A stretch of 64,000 nucleotides of DNA from Truepera sp. (GTDB lineage Bacteria; Deinococcota; Deinococci; Deinococcales; Trueperaceae), in NCBI GenBank assembly GCA_965218435.1, contig CBDCKW010000009.1, forward strand, positions 3,424,001 through 3,488,000. Direction: 5' to 3'. The first letter of the stretch is position 1; each line of letters starts with the position of its first letter. Made by a program: the position numbers and the translations under genes. Positions 19,956-29,794 of the stretch are shown here, in pieces. The notes below the pieces were generated by a model, which was not told the origin of the DNA, did not search any database, and worked only from the letters and a program-made list of their open reading frames with translations.

Positions 19956-20777
19956 TTGCAGCTTGGGTGTAACGATTCTCTGCCGCTCCGCCTTTTGCTG
20001 GACGAAAACCGCGTTAAGCTCGATTTTCTCAAAGTCTCGAGCCTGGACGGGCTCCCGGAAGCCGTAGAAGCTGCCCTTAATTACCGCCCTGTGCTTATTC
20101 ACGTAGGGTTTGGCATCGGTGACACCACAGCCTCTTACGACGCGTTCGACTGGAACGGATTTAACCGCCTCGTGCAGCGTGCCGGGTCGCCTCACCTGGC
20201 GATGCACCTCGAGGCGTCCACACATAACTGGCGCGGCGACGATTTACGGGTTCAAAGCCGAGCTGAAATTCTCCAAATTACAGAACAGCTGGCCGCTTTG
20301 TGCAAGTTCTTGAAAGATAGGCTGGGGTGCCCCTTGCTTTTAGAAAATATGGACTACATGGGCACCGAGCTAAAACCGGGTTACGGCGTGTTCCTTACAA
20401 GCGTCGAACCTGCACTAATGTGGGATTTAGTTGGAAAAGAGGGGGTCGGCGTCTTGCTCGACTTGGCGCATCTGCGGGTTACGGCGTATCACCTCGGTTT
20501 GGACGTTTACGCGTTCGCTCGGTCGTTGCCCCTTCACGCAGTGCGCGAAATACATGTGAGCGGCCCCGCCTATATTGACGGTTTGGGACTTCGTGACGAT
20601 CATCAAGAATTAAGCGAAGCTGACTACGCGCTGCTCGAGTGGGCCTTGCCCCGGACAAACGCTGAGATTGTGACGCTCGAGTACCCGAAAGCCCGGACGG
20701 TCACAGCGTCTTTTGACGAGCAAGCTGCGGCGCTGAGGCGTCAGCTTAAGAGGCTTAACAAGATAGTTGACTTGTGA
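19956..20777 (+). CDS. DUF692-family (MNIO-like) TIM-barrel metalloenzyme
   Basis: PLLLENM, LLDLAH, LP...VREIHVSG, D.H, VTLEY. Confidence 0.78.
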   Translation: MQLGCNDSLPLRLLLDENRVKLDFLKVSSLDGLPEAVEAALNYRPVLIHVGFGIGDTTASYDAFDWNGFNRLVQRAGSPHLAMHLEASTHNWRGDDLRVQSRAEILQITEQLAALCKFLKDRLGCPLLLENMDYMGTELKPGYGVFLTSVEPALMWDLVGKEGVGVLLDLAHLRVTAYHLGLDVYAFARSLPLHAVREIHVSGPAYIDGLGLRDDHQELSEADYALLEWALPRTNAEIVTLEYPKARTVTASFDEQAAALRRQLKRLNKIVDL

Positions 20778-20834
20778 AGTGGCATAAGTAAGCGCCTGAA
20801 ATAATGCCTGCTAGGGCAGTCTGCATAGGGCGAC

Positions 20835-21689
20835 CTATTGATCTGTAGCCTTCGACTTTTTAATTAAGTGTAGAAAAGCGTGAATTGTGGAAAGGTAATA
20901 GTAAAACAGCCATGAATACCAAATCCTTTTGTCGTAGTCAATCTTTTGTTTATCGTTGTGATGTCTAATGCCAAAATTATTGGCAATATTAAATAGATCG
21001 TTTTCGTCTTGGGATAGCATGACCATTTTTAGTTGCGGTCTGAGGAATTCTAGAACATCAGCCAAGTCCCTGATGGCATTTTTTCTATCTTCAAAGGTAG
21101 CTCTCGCTCGTCGGAAATTAAAAACGGCAGCCTTCACTTTGGATTCTACATTTTCAGGGTCGTAATTAGGGAGATCAGCACTTAAAATAACTTCATAGCC
21201 CTCTTGTGGAGCTTCTAAAATCTCTCCATCGGCACTTAAATCGAACCCATACCGATAACTCTCCAAAACTGCGTTGATAGCATTTCTAAACTCTACTTGT
21301 CCCTCGATTTTGTTGAAGACTTTATAGTGCCATCCGCAATCGTTATAGCTGTGGTAGTCCCCGTTAATAGGCTTAGATACATAGTCATAAAGAAATTCAA
21401 TCACATCGAATAGATCATCTTCTGAATAACCTAAGGCTTTATCTTGTACGGGCCAAAGGTTCTCTTTCCGTAGGTTGGTCATTATTGCCGACTCGATATC
21501 TTCACCTAGAGAACCAGGCACATAGTCCATATCTACACACCAAAAGCCAAAAGCTTGTTGAAAGTAGCCTTCCGAATCTAATTTTAGATAGGCGCTTTTG
21601 AATAATTTAAGAATTATTGGGAGTTCAAAGCCTTCGCTGTAAGGGTTCTTACCTGTACGAACAGAGTAATAAGCATTCTTTCTGGACAT
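20835..21689 (-). CDS. Hypothetical AT-rich protein, Abi/AbiJ-like putative defence protein
   Basis: DDLFDVIEFLY, F...IN..L, C-terminal IANNFGIRH; markedly lower GC. Confidence 0.5.
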   Translation of the reverse strand: MSRKNAYYSVRTGKNPYSEGFELPIILKLFKSAYLKLDSEGYFQQAFGFWCVDMDYVPGSLGEDIESAIMTNLRKENLWPVQDKALGYSEDDLFDVIEFLYDYVSKPINGDYHSYNDCGWHYKVFNKIEGQVEFRNAINAVLESYRYGFDLSADGEILEAPQEGYEVILSADLPNYDPENVESKVKAAVFNFRRARATFEDRKNAIRDLADVLEFLRPQLKMVMLSQDENDLFNIANNFGIRHHNDKQKIDYDKRIWYSWLFYYYLSTIHAFLHLIKKSKATDQ

Positions 21690-21715
21690 TTTATTTTAGT
21701 ACCCACTGCGCTTTT

Positions 21716-22093
21716 TTAGGCCCGAATCGTCGTAACGCTGTATTCACTAAACCGCCTATCCCTTGTGACCAGTGTGAGATTTTCAAACTTTGCCTGAGCA
21801 ATCAGGAGCCGGTCGAACGGATCGGCGTGGTGCTGTGGCAGCGTTTCCACTGCCAAGGCGTGTTCGGTACTGATTGACAGTGGCGTGAAACGGTAGCGTT
21901 TAAGGCCGTTCTGGTAGTCGCCCCTTAGCTCGAGCTTGTTGAGGCTGCGCTTGATGGCAATTTCCCACGCTGTTACAGCACTGACAAACACCTCATTCTG
22001 ACCGTCAGCTATGGCGTCGCGGGCTTGTTGTGAAAGCGTCGGGTTGTTGTCGAATACCCAGATTAGCGTGTGGGTGTCAAGTAAGAGGTTCAT
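21716..22093 (-). CDS. vapC: VapC PIN-domain toxin
   Basis: LLLDTHTLIW, VSAVTAWEIAIK, HHADPFDRLLIAQA, LVTRD. Confidence 0.93.
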   Translation of the reverse strand: MNLLLDTHTLIWVFDNNPTLSQQARDAIADGQNEVFVSAVTAWEIAIKRSLNKLELRGDYQNGLKRYRFTPLSISTEHALAVETLPQHHADPFDRLLIAQAKFENLTLVTRDRRFSEYSVTTIRA

Positions 22094-22334
22094 CAGAGGT
22101 GCCGGTAAAGGCGTCCATCAGTTCTGGGGGCAACTCGTCGAAGTCGTCGGCTATTTTCACTTCACCTTTCCAGATACGCACGTTCATATCGCGAGGGCTG
22201 GTGTCGCGCTCATAGGGAATGAGCTTGACCAGCGGCTTACCATGTTTGCTGATCACTACCTCTTCCCCGGCTAGTGCTTTTTCAATCAGTAGCGACAGGT
22301 GAGCTTTGGCTTCGGCTACGTTTGTGGTTCGCAT
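22077..22334 (-). CDS. Phd/YefM-family antitoxin
   Basis: NVAEAKAHLS.LI..A..GEEVVI.KHGKP, DDFDELP; overlaps vapC. Confidence 0.92.
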   Translation of the reverse strand: MRTTNVAEAKAHLSLLIEKALAGEEVVISKHGKPLVKLIPYERDTSPRDMNVRIWKGEVKIADDFDELPPELMDAFTGTSDEPLT

Positions 22335-22513
22335 CTCCCTAATACCTCACTTCATCAATTAGTATGGTCATAGTTGGTCAGAATAGCAAGTAAGATATAG
22401 ACACGGTCAGACTTTACAGCGGATGAAAAAGAACAAAGCGCACTTAGCGGGCTTTTAACCCCTTACATTCCTCTTTTCTATGTCAAGCATCAGACTTACG
22501 ATTTTGTTTCGCT

Positions 22514-22846
22514 CTAGCGTGTATCGCCCTCGCCGTAAAGTGTCCCCTGCGCTTGCCTCGAGGCCAACTTCTCCAAGTTTGCCGCCGCTACCTCGTCCAA
22601 ACTCAGCCCCAGCTCGGTACAAATTTGCGCCAGATACCAGAGCACGTCGCCGAGTTCACCTTTAAGGGCGTCCCGCTCAGCGTCGCCGATGACGCCGCCC
22701 TTGTCCCGAAAGATTTTTTTGATCTTGCCTGCGACTTCGCCTGCTTCGTTAGCTAAGCCGAGGGTCGGGTAGACGATGGGATGGTCGGTATGAATCAGGC
22801 TCCAGGTGCTTCTCGAGGCTCGTTGGTAACGCTCCAGGTCGCTCAT
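22514..22846 (-). CDS. MazG-like NTP pyrophosphohydrolase
   Basis: LGLANEAGEVA.K.KK..RD, ELGDVLWY, NLEKL.SR. Confidence 0.9.
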   Translation of the reverse strand: MSDLERYQRASRSTWSLIHTDHPIVYPTLGLANEAGEVAGKIKKIFRDKGGVIGDAERDALKGELGDVLWYLAQICTELGLSLDEVAAANLEKLASRQAQGTLYGEGDTR

Positions 22847-22856
22847 AAGCTCTACT

Positions 22857-23711
22857 CTATCCGGACTTTAAGTGCTCGAGCACCGTCAGACTTCCCGACT
22901 TGCTGATATGTAACTGGTGCGGCCCGAGGGGCACATTAGCATCTTTAGGGTAAACGGTAACGTTTAGCTCGTCAGCTCTGGCTCCTTGCCAAGCTTCTCC
23001 TCGTCGGCGTGTCATCTCCTCGCTGTAACGCGCCACTTCGCTACGAAAGAGCACCATATCTAAACCACCCAAGCCAACGCCTTTCAAACAGCCATCTTTG
23101 GGCTCCAAGCTGACCAAAACACATTGGTGCGTTTCAACTCCCAAATGTAGGGGCACGACGATTTTGCCGCCGGGAGCGAGTTGTTCGGGCCAAGCTGCTG
23201 GAATATCGGGTAAGCCGACTGTAGCGACAATCCGGTCATACGGTGCGTGAGGCGGGTAACCGAGTGCGCCGTCACCGCAGATGACTTCGACCCGTTCAAA
23301 ACCTATAGCGGCGAGCTGTCTATGCGCCTTTTCGACAAGAAAATCTTCCACATCAACCGTAACGACGTGCCCGTGTTCACCTACAAGATGGGCCAGCAGC
23401 GCCGCGTTGTAGCCGCTGCCCGCCCCGATCTCTAAAACCTGCATCCCAGGTTTGACGTCAAAACCTTCTAACATCATAGCGACGGCGATGGGTTGAGAGA
23501 CGGTCGAACAGGTTTCCGGTGTTGTGTCAGGGTCAACCATCGCGCCTTCCGTACCTCGGTAAGCGTCTTCAGGGTTTCGCCACGGGATAAAGAGGTGACG
23601 CGGCACGCTCCTAAGCGCCGCTTCAACCGCGCCGCTTTTGACGTATCCCTGAGCTTTAAGCTCCGTAACAAGCCCGTCTCTTAAAGCTTGTGTTTCCGCG
23701 TTATCCTCCAC
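22857..23711 (-). CDS. pcm: Protein-L-isoaspartate O-methyltransferase-like
   Basis: VPRHLF, STVSQP, VLEIGAGSGYNAALLA, GDG..G....APYDRI. Confidence 0.8.
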   Translation of the reverse strand: MEDNAETQALRDGLVTELKAQGYVKSGAVEAALRSVPRHLFIPWRNPEDAYRGTEGAMVDPDTTPETCSTVSQPIAVAMMLEGFDVKPGMQVLEIGAGSGYNAALLAHLVGEHGHVVTVDVEDFLVEKAHRQLAAIGFERVEVICGDGALGYPPHAPYDRIVATVGLPDIPAAWPEQLAPGGKIVVPLHLGVETHQCVLVSLEPKDGCLKGVGLGGLDMVLFRSEVARYSEEMTRRRGEAWQGARADELNVTVYPKDANVPLGPHQLHISKSGSLTVLEHLKSG

Positions 23712-23792
23712 GCCGTGATGGTAGCGTAAACGTTAGTCTAAAAACCGTCAGGAGGCTGACATGAGACAGATTTACCTGAGACAAGGCCCGGC

Positions 23793-24911
23793 ATGAAGTT
23801 AGAGCGTATCGAACTGCGCGAGGTCACGGCGCGTCTTAAATTTCGTTTTGAAACGAGTTTCGGCGTCGAACAAGAGTTGCGTAAGGTGCTTTTAACACTT
23901 CACACTGAGGGCGTGGAAGGCTACGGCGAGGCGACGAGCGGCATCTTTCCCGGTTACTCGTATGAAACGAACGAGACCGTGTGGGATACGCTTAAACATC
24001 ACATCATCCCGCTGGTTTTGGACAAAGAGTTTGCGACCCCCACCCAACTTCTAGCGGCGCTAGGGCCCGTTCGGGGGCATAACATGGCGGTAGCAACGCT
24101 CGAGACCGCCTTTTGGGACGCGTCGGCCAAAGCTGCCGGGGTGCCGCTCTGGGTGCTGCTAGGTGGGTCACGCACCGAGCATCCGGTGGGCGCGTCGCTG
24201 GGGATTCAAGAGAGCGTTGAAAAGACGGTTGAAACGGCTCTCAAGCACGCCGACGAGGGCTACAAACGCCTCAAGTTCAAGATCAAACCGGGGTGGGATG
24301 TGCTGCCGCTTCGGGCTGTGCGGGAGGCGCTCCCCGAGATGCCGCTGACCGTAGACGCGAACAGCGCCTACCGCCTGACTGACGCCCGCGTCTTTCAACA
24401 ACTCGATGAATTGGGGCTCGAGTACATCGAACAACCGCTCGCCTACGACGACCTGATAGACCACGCGCAGCTCCAAAAACTCCTAGCGACGCCCATCTGT
24501 CTGGACGAATCCATTCACTCCCCCGAAGACGCCCGCAAAGGCTTACAACTCGGGTCGGGGCGCGTCATCAACATCAAAGTCGGGCGAGTACGCGGACATC
24601 TGGCGGCGCGGCGCACGCACGACGTCGCTTTATCGTTTGGTGCGCCGGTGTGGTGCGGCGGGATGTTGGAACTCGGCATCGGCCGCGCCCACAACCTGCA
24701 CCTCAGTTCACTGCCTGGATTTACGCTCCCCGGCGATACGGCGAGCGCGTCGCGTTACTGGGATGAGGACATCGTAGAGCCCGTTTTGGACGCCGTAGAC
24801 GGGATGCAGAAGATTCCGGACGGTCCCGGCCTCGGCGTGACGCTCCGACAAGGCTTGATTGATGAGCTGACCCTGCGGCATGAAGTGTTTTCAGCTGAGA
24901 CGGGCAGGTGA
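23793..24911 (+). CDS. menC: o-Succinylbenzoate synthase / N-acylamino acid racemase (enolase superfamily)
   Basis: FETSFG, KFKIKPGWD, VDAN, EQPL, LDES, WCGGMLE. Confidence 0.9.
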   Translation: MKLERIELREVTARLKFRFETSFGVEQELRKVLLTLHTEGVEGYGEATSGIFPGYSYETNETVWDTLKHHIIPLVLDKEFATPTQLLAALGPVRGHNMAVATLETAFWDASAKAAGVPLWVLLGGSRTEHPVGASLGIQESVEKTVETALKHADEGYKRLKFKIKPGWDVLPLRAVREALPEMPLTVDANSAYRLTDARVFQQLDELGLEYIEQPLAYDDLIDHAQLQKLLATPICLDESIHSPEDARKGLQLGSGRVINIKVGRVRGHLAARRTHDVALSFGAPVWCGGMLELGIGRAHNLHLSSLPGFTLPGDTASASRYWDEDIVEPVLDAVDGMQKIPDGPGLGVTLRQGLIDELTLRHEVFSAETGR

Positions 24912-25465
24912 AGCGCATCCTTCTCGTCGTCACGGGGCCGCCATGTGCTGGTAAAACAACGCTCGCCGCGCAGCTCGGCCTCGAGCTGTCTTTGCCCGTC
25001 ATTCACCGCGACGTCCTGAAAGAAATCTTGTTCGACGCCTTGGGGTCAAAAGATCGGGCTTGGTCACGGGACGTGGGTGGGGCGAGTTATGACCTGCTAT
25101 TCAGTTTTCTCGAGTCTCTCTTGCAAGCTGGCTATCCGTGTATCGCCGAAAGCAACTTTGAAATCGGACGGCCTAGTGTCCGGCTCAAAGGTCTTTGCGA
25201 AACCTACAACTTTACGCCTGTAGAAATCCTCTGTACCGCCGAAACCGAAGTGCTGCGCGAGCGTTATATTACGAGGTTGGATTCCGGTGCGCGGCATCAA
25301 GGCCATGTGGATCACCTCAACTTAGACGACATCAGCGCGCGGTGGGCAAATAATCAGCACGGCAGTTTGGAACTCGGCGGTCAGAGTATCCGGGTAGACA
25401 CCACTAAATTCGGCAACCCCGAGCAGGCCCTGCTGAGGCGTGAGTTACAAGACATATTAGAGTAG
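24908..25465 (+). CDS. P-loop kinase (AAA_33), paralog 1
   Basis: GPPCAGKTT; GTGA overlap with menC. Confidence 0.8.
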   Translation: MKRILLVVTGPPCAGKTTLAAQLGLELSLPVIHRDVLKEILFDALGSKDRAWSRDVGGASYDLLFSFLESLLQAGYPCIAESNFEIGRPSVRLKGLCETYNFTPVEILCTAETEVLRERYITRLDSGARHQGHVDHLNLDDISARWANNQHGSLELGGQSIRVDTTKFGNPEQALLRRELQDILE

Positions 25466-25558
25466 GCTATAGCGGTTGTGACATACCGGTAGGGCCAAGC
25501 GAAGGGTTTTTGATAGGGCTATCTCGGTTTTTGCTGCTATGCGTTACACTGCCTGAGG

Positions 25559-26119
25559 ATGAAGCGAATCCTAGTAGTAGTAACAGGGCCGCCGTGTGCC
25601 GGTAAGACGACCCTTGCGGCGCAGCTCGGTCATGAATTGTCGTTACCCGTCATTCACCGGGACGTTTTGAAAGAAGTTCTTTTCGACACGCTGGGGGTCA
25701 AAGACCGGGCTTGGTCGAGAGAAGTGGGCGGGGCCAGCTACGTCTTGCTCTTTAGTTTTCTCAAGTCTCTCTTAAGCGCCGGTTATCCCTGCATCGTTGA
25801 AACCAGTTTTGAGAGACGAGCTTCTAATAAGCTAAAGGCGCTCTGTGAAACGTACAATTTTGTTCCCGTAGAAATTCTCTGCACCTCCGACCTCGAGACG
25901 TTTCGTAAACGGTACAAAACTCGGCTTGAGTCCGGCGAACGGCACGCGGGGCATGTTGATCATCTCAACCTAGACGAAATTAGTGCAAGGTGGGTGAGCG
26001 GCGAGCGCGGCAGCTTAGAGCTCGGCGGTCAGAGTATTCAGGTAGATACCACCAACTTCGGCCAACTTGAGCGCGACGCGCTGACGAAGAAGTTGCGAAT
26101 CCTGACCGAGAGCCGCTAA
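25559..26119 (+). CDS. P-loop kinase (AAA_33), paralog 2
   Basis: Same motifs as the upstream gene (GPPCAGKTTLAAQLG, KDRAWSR, GHVDHLNLD). Confidence 0.8.
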   Translation: MKRILVVVTGPPCAGKTTLAAQLGHELSLPVIHRDVLKEVLFDTLGVKDRAWSREVGGASYVLLFSFLKSLLSAGYPCIVETSFERRASNKLKALCETYNFVPVEILCTSDLETFRKRYKTRLESGERHAGHVDHLNLDEISARWVSGERGSLELGGQSIQVDTTNFGQLERDALTKKLRILTESR

Positions 26120-26201
26120 AACGCGCTAACCGGGGGCATGGTCTGAAAACCTTTCACTCAACCTGACAAAACCCCGGTAGAGTAGAGCAAAGGAGTTTTT
26201 T

Positions 26202-27566
26202 ATGAATTGCCTGAGCCTTCGGTCTCTATTGCTGCTGTGCGTTACGCTATGTTTCGTGAGCGCCGCTGCCCAAACAAACACCGCCTCGACAACGACCCAA
26301 ACAGAGTTTGTCTTCGGTGACCCGTTGCCCGACGCGCCTGAACTCGCGCCGCGCGGCCCCTACAGCGTCGGCGTGCGGACGATACAAACCGTAAATCCCG
26401 ACCAGTTAGATGTTCTAGCCGTCACGCCGGAGGACCCGAATCCGCGTTATGACCGCCCACTGACCGTGGAGGTGTTTTACCCCGGCACGGTGCCGGAAGG
26501 TCAACAGGCGCTGACGACCTATAGGGACGTTTACGGTTTCGGCCCGAACAATCCCGAGCGCCCGAACACGCCGTTAACCTTTGCCGGACGCGCCCTGCGA
26601 GACGCCGCGCCGGACAAAGCTAAAGCGCCTTACCCGCTCGTGGTGCTCTCGCACGGGTATCCGGGCTCGAGGCTGATGATGACGTACTTGGCTGAGAACT
26701 TGGCCTCAAAAGGCTACGTCGTCGCGGCCATTGGGCATACCGACTCGACGTTTGACAAGGTGGGGGATTTCTCGAGCACCCTCATCAACCGAGCCAAAGA
26801 TCAGCTTTTTATGATTGACGAGATGGCTGGGCGAAGCCGGAGTGACGGCTTTTTAAGCGGACTGCTAGACGCACAAAATACCGCCATCATCGGCTATTCG
26901 ATGGGCGGTTACGGGGCGCTCAATGCGGGCGGCGCAGGCTACAGCGAAGCGGCGGCGGCGTTTCCGGGTTTACCGGAAGGGGCACTCGCGCCGCGCGTTA
27001 CCGGCAACTTCAAGCCTGACCCCCGGATCAAAGCGGTCGTTGCGTTTGCACCTTGGGGGGCAGAGGCCGCGCTAGGATTTATCGGGATTCCCAATCTGAG
27101 CTTTTTTGAACCGGACGGCCTCGCCGGGCTCCGCGTGCCGACGTTTTTCGTCGTCGGTAGTCAGGATGACGTGTCGGGCTACGAGGGCGGTGTCAAAAGC
27201 CTGTTTGAAGGTGCAGTCAACGCCGACAGATACATGCTCGTTTACGAAGATGCCCGCCACAACGTCGCACCGAACCCGCCGCCGGTAGACGCGCCGAACC
27301 TGGACGAATACTCGCGCTACGCCGAGTTCTCGTGGGACGCGCGGCGCATCAACAATATCAATCAGCACTTTGTCACGGCGTTTTTAGACGAGATGCTCAA
27401 GGGTAAAAAGACGGGCAAGTATTTAGAAATCATCCAAAACTCGAACGAAGGCGTGTGGGCACAGAATGACGACGGGAGTTTTGCACCGGAACACACCTAC
27501 TGGACCGGGTTTCAGGAGCGCACGGCGTTAGGGATGCAGTTTTATCACTCGGCTGCCAAAAAATAG
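26202..27566 (+). CDS. Secreted alpha/beta hydrolase (dienelactone hydrolase/PAF-AH-like)
   Basis: Signal peptide; SHGYPG, GYSMGG nucleophile elbow. Confidence 0.85.
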   Translation: MNCLSLRSLLLLCVTLCFVSAAAQTNTASTTTQTEFVFGDPLPDAPELAPRGPYSVGVRTIQTVNPDQLDVLAVTPEDPNPRYDRPLTVEVFYPGTVPEGQQALTTYRDVYGFGPNNPERPNTPLTFAGRALRDAAPDKAKAPYPLVVLSHGYPGSRLMMTYLAENLASKGYVVAAIGHTDSTFDKVGDFSSTLINRAKDQLFMIDEMAGRSRSDGFLSGLLDAQNTAIIGYSMGGYGALNAGGAGYSEAAAAFPGLPEGALAPRVTGNFKPDPRIKAVVAFAPWGAEAALGFIGIPNLSFFEPDGLAGLRVPTFFVVGSQDDVSGYEGGVKSLFEGAVNADRYMLVYEDARHNVAPNPPPVDAPNLDEYSRYAEFSWDARRINNINQHFVTAFLDEMLKGKKTGKYLEIIQNSNEGVWAQNDDGSFAPEHTYWTGFQERTALGMQFYHSAAKK

Positions 27567-27567
27567 T

Positions 27568-28524
27568 TTACGGCAGTAAACCGGGTTTAAGCAGTCTGTG
27601 CAGCTGCGCATACGGTACCGTGACGGCAAACTTTCCCTGCACGTAAGGGCCGACAGCATAGGGCGCAAAGGTAAACTCGAGCCCCCTCGCTGTCAGATTA
27701 AACACGCCCAAATCGCGCGCTCTTAGCTTGACGCTACCGTCTAAAATCCAAGCGGCGCGGCGGGCACGAAGCTTTTTCGTCACCTCTCTGAGCAGCACCT
27801 TTTGATACGCCGTGTCTTTTCTAAAAAGGTTGTTGAACCCAAGCTGTTCTACCTCTCGACCCCTCTGGTAAAAGGTCAGGCTGCGGTACGCGGTGTTGGG
27901 GTGTGCTCCGCCGGTATCGTAAAAGCTCGTCTCGAGCAAGCTCAAGGTGTCGCCAGTCAAGAGGGTGGGCTTTACGGTACTTTCGTAGGTGTACGGGTAC
28001 GTCAGCTCACCTGCAGTAGCGAGGCGCTGCGCGTCCTGAACGAACGAGGTTACCGGAGCGTTGACAAAGTGCTCCAGTCTCCCGTTTAGCCGCCGCCAAG
28101 GGGAGATGAGCCAAAAGGGAGTCTCAGTGCGCGTTTCTAGAAACGGCCCTTGCGTCACATGGCGCACGGTATAAGAGGCGGCGAGCGCCAGCTTAAAAGG
28201 TGTTCCGTCCGCGACGGTGCCGGAAAATGCTTGGTTTTTTGTACGGAATCCGGGCAGTTGTCCTGTAAGACTCAGCCCACCTCCCGTTAAGCTGATGTCT
28301 CCGTTTTGCGTCCTCTTACCTTGCAGCGTCTGAGGTGGTGTACCCAGCAAGGTTCCGGTCGTTTGGGTAGGCGTAAGGGCCAGCTCGAGCTGAACTTGTT
28401 CTCCCCCAAGCGTGCCTGACAAAAGATAACGTGCGGGGACGACCTGCGCTAGCGCACAGCTGAACACCGTGCTTACGGCTGCAGCTGTGAAACAGCCGGT
28501 CAACCGGAAAAACTCTGACCGCAT
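27568..28524 (-). CDS. Exported DUF3298/RsiV-like protein
   Basis: Signal peptide; TGGAHPN, F.F.PYAVGPY..G. Confidence 0.75.
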   Translation of the reverse strand: MRSEFFRLTGCFTAAAVSTVFSCALAQVVPARYLLSGTLGGEQVQLELALTPTQTTGTLLGTPPQTLQGKRTQNGDISLTGGGLSLTGQLPGFRTKNQAFSGTVADGTPFKLALAASYTVRHVTQGPFLETRTETPFWLISPWRRLNGRLEHFVNAPVTSFVQDAQRLATAGELTYPYTYESTVKPTLLTGDTLSLLETSFYDTGGAHPNTAYRSLTFYQRGREVEQLGFNNLFRKDTAYQKVLLREVTKKLRARRAAWILDGSVKLRARDLGVFNLTARGLEFTFAPYAVGPYVQGKFAVTVPYAQLHRLLKPGLLP

Positions 28525-28682
28525 CCGCGCCTCCTAAGCCTTGTTTACTTTCTCAAAAAATCCACGTCTTAAAACGCTTACGCCAAGCTTAAAGCCTGTT
28601 ACACTCTCTTTAGCAACGTACCAGGTTTTAGAGGGTACGTCACCGGCGCTCAACCACCACCGTAACGACTGAAAGGGAAAAG

Positions 28683-29138
28683 ATGAACCGCATAGCACGT
28701 CACATACTACTCTGGGGAAGCCTATTGGGGCTTTTGGTGGGTTGTGGACAACTTCCCGGGGAGAACAGCAGCATCTCGGGAACGGTTCGCGCACCTACCG
28801 GCGGAGACGTTGCGGGGACACAAGTATTCGCTTGTTACGAAGATAATCCCAAGTGCGCCAGAATGGGCAGCGTAGAAGTCACGACGTCGGCGGTCTCTGC
28901 ACCGTACGAACTAAGTGGTTTACCTACAGGAAGCTATAGTATCTACGCCCTTAAAAAGTCAGTCGGTGAAACCTACGCAGGTTGGTACGCGCCCCCTACA
29001 AACGCCGGGGAGCGGACGCTCGTGACCCCACCTGCGGCGGATATTGATATTCAGCTACGCGCCTATACAGGAACGCTACCGGCTGATGTCTCAGAGACCG
29101 TCCGACGTCTCAGCGTTATGCCTTCGTCTGAAAAATAG
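28683..29138 (+). CDS. Hypothetical lipoprotein (carboxypeptidase-regulatory-like fold)
   Basis: Lipobox LVGC; ISGTV, L.GL.TGSY. Confidence 0.65.
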   Translation: MNRIARHILLWGSLLGLLVGCGQLPGENSSISGTVRAPTGGDVAGTQVFACYEDNPKCARMGSVEVTTSAVSAPYELSGLPTGSYSIYALKKSVGETYAGWYAPPTNAGERTLVTPPAADIDIQLRAYTGTLPADVSETVRRLSVMPSSEK

Positions 29139-29140
29139 AG

Positions 29141-29794
29141 CTATTTGGGCCGCGCCAGCGAAAAAACGCGTCCGAGGGTACTGTACTCACTTCGTCCGAG
29201 GCGGGCAATAGGACGCAGGCGTTCAGCGACGATCAAGCCGTCTTGACCGAGTAGGTCACGCTGCACCTGCATAGCGACCACTTGCCCCAACACCAGCGTC
29301 GAACCGGAGCCTGTGACCTCGACAAGTTGGGAAACGCGGCACTCTAAGGCAACCGGGGCCGCTGCCACACGGGGTGGGCGGATGAGGCTCGAGGCCGCCG
29401 CTGTCAACCCTGCTTCGGCAAACTCGTCAACGCCGTGTGCCCACGCCCCGGAGGTGTGGTTGAGCGCCTCGGCTAAAGGCTCGTCGGCTAGATTGACGAC
29501 GAACTCGCCGGTATCTCGGGCATTTTGTAGCGAATCTTTGGGTGAGCCGTCGGGTCTCTGACCGGGCGAAAACATCACCGTAAGCGGATGACTCGCCACC
29601 GCATTAAAAAACGAATACGGCGCGAGGTTCAAAACGCCTGCTTTTGAAACCGTGCTGACCCACGCAACCGGACGCGGGATAAGGGCGCTCGTCAGCAAAC
29701 CGTAAGCGTCTTTGCCCTCCAAGTCTGCCACCGTAAACGTTGCCGTATCTTCTACTGCCGTGTCTTTTACAGCCGTGTCTTTTACGTCAGGCAC
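29141..29794 (-). CDS. Flavin reductase-like FMN-binding protein
   Basis: PRPVAWVST, NLAPYSFFN, KDSLQNA..TGEFVVN, ARLG; N-terminal DTAV x3 repeat. Confidence 0.88.
   Translation of the reverse strand: MPDVKDTAVKDTAVEDTATFTVADLEGKDAYGLLTSALIPRPVAWVSTVSKAGVLNLAPYSFFNAVASHPLTVMFSPGQRPDGSPKDSLQNARDTGEFVVNLADEPLAEALNHTSGAWAHGVDEFAEAGLTAAASSLIRPPRVAAAPVALECRVSQLVEVTGSGSTLVLGQVVAMQVQRDLLGQDGLIVAERLRPIARLGRSEYSTLGRVFSLARPK

Noticed and set aside
19527..20225. 232-aa minus-strand ORF and the many other antisense or overlapping ORFs in the track
   Set aside because: Shadow ORFs of well-supported genes in GC-rich DNA; no family motifs.
28568..28615. CTTA-like repeats about 10-11 bp apart upstream of the lipoprotein at 28683
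   Set aside because: Too degenerate and irregularly spaced to support a binding-site call.
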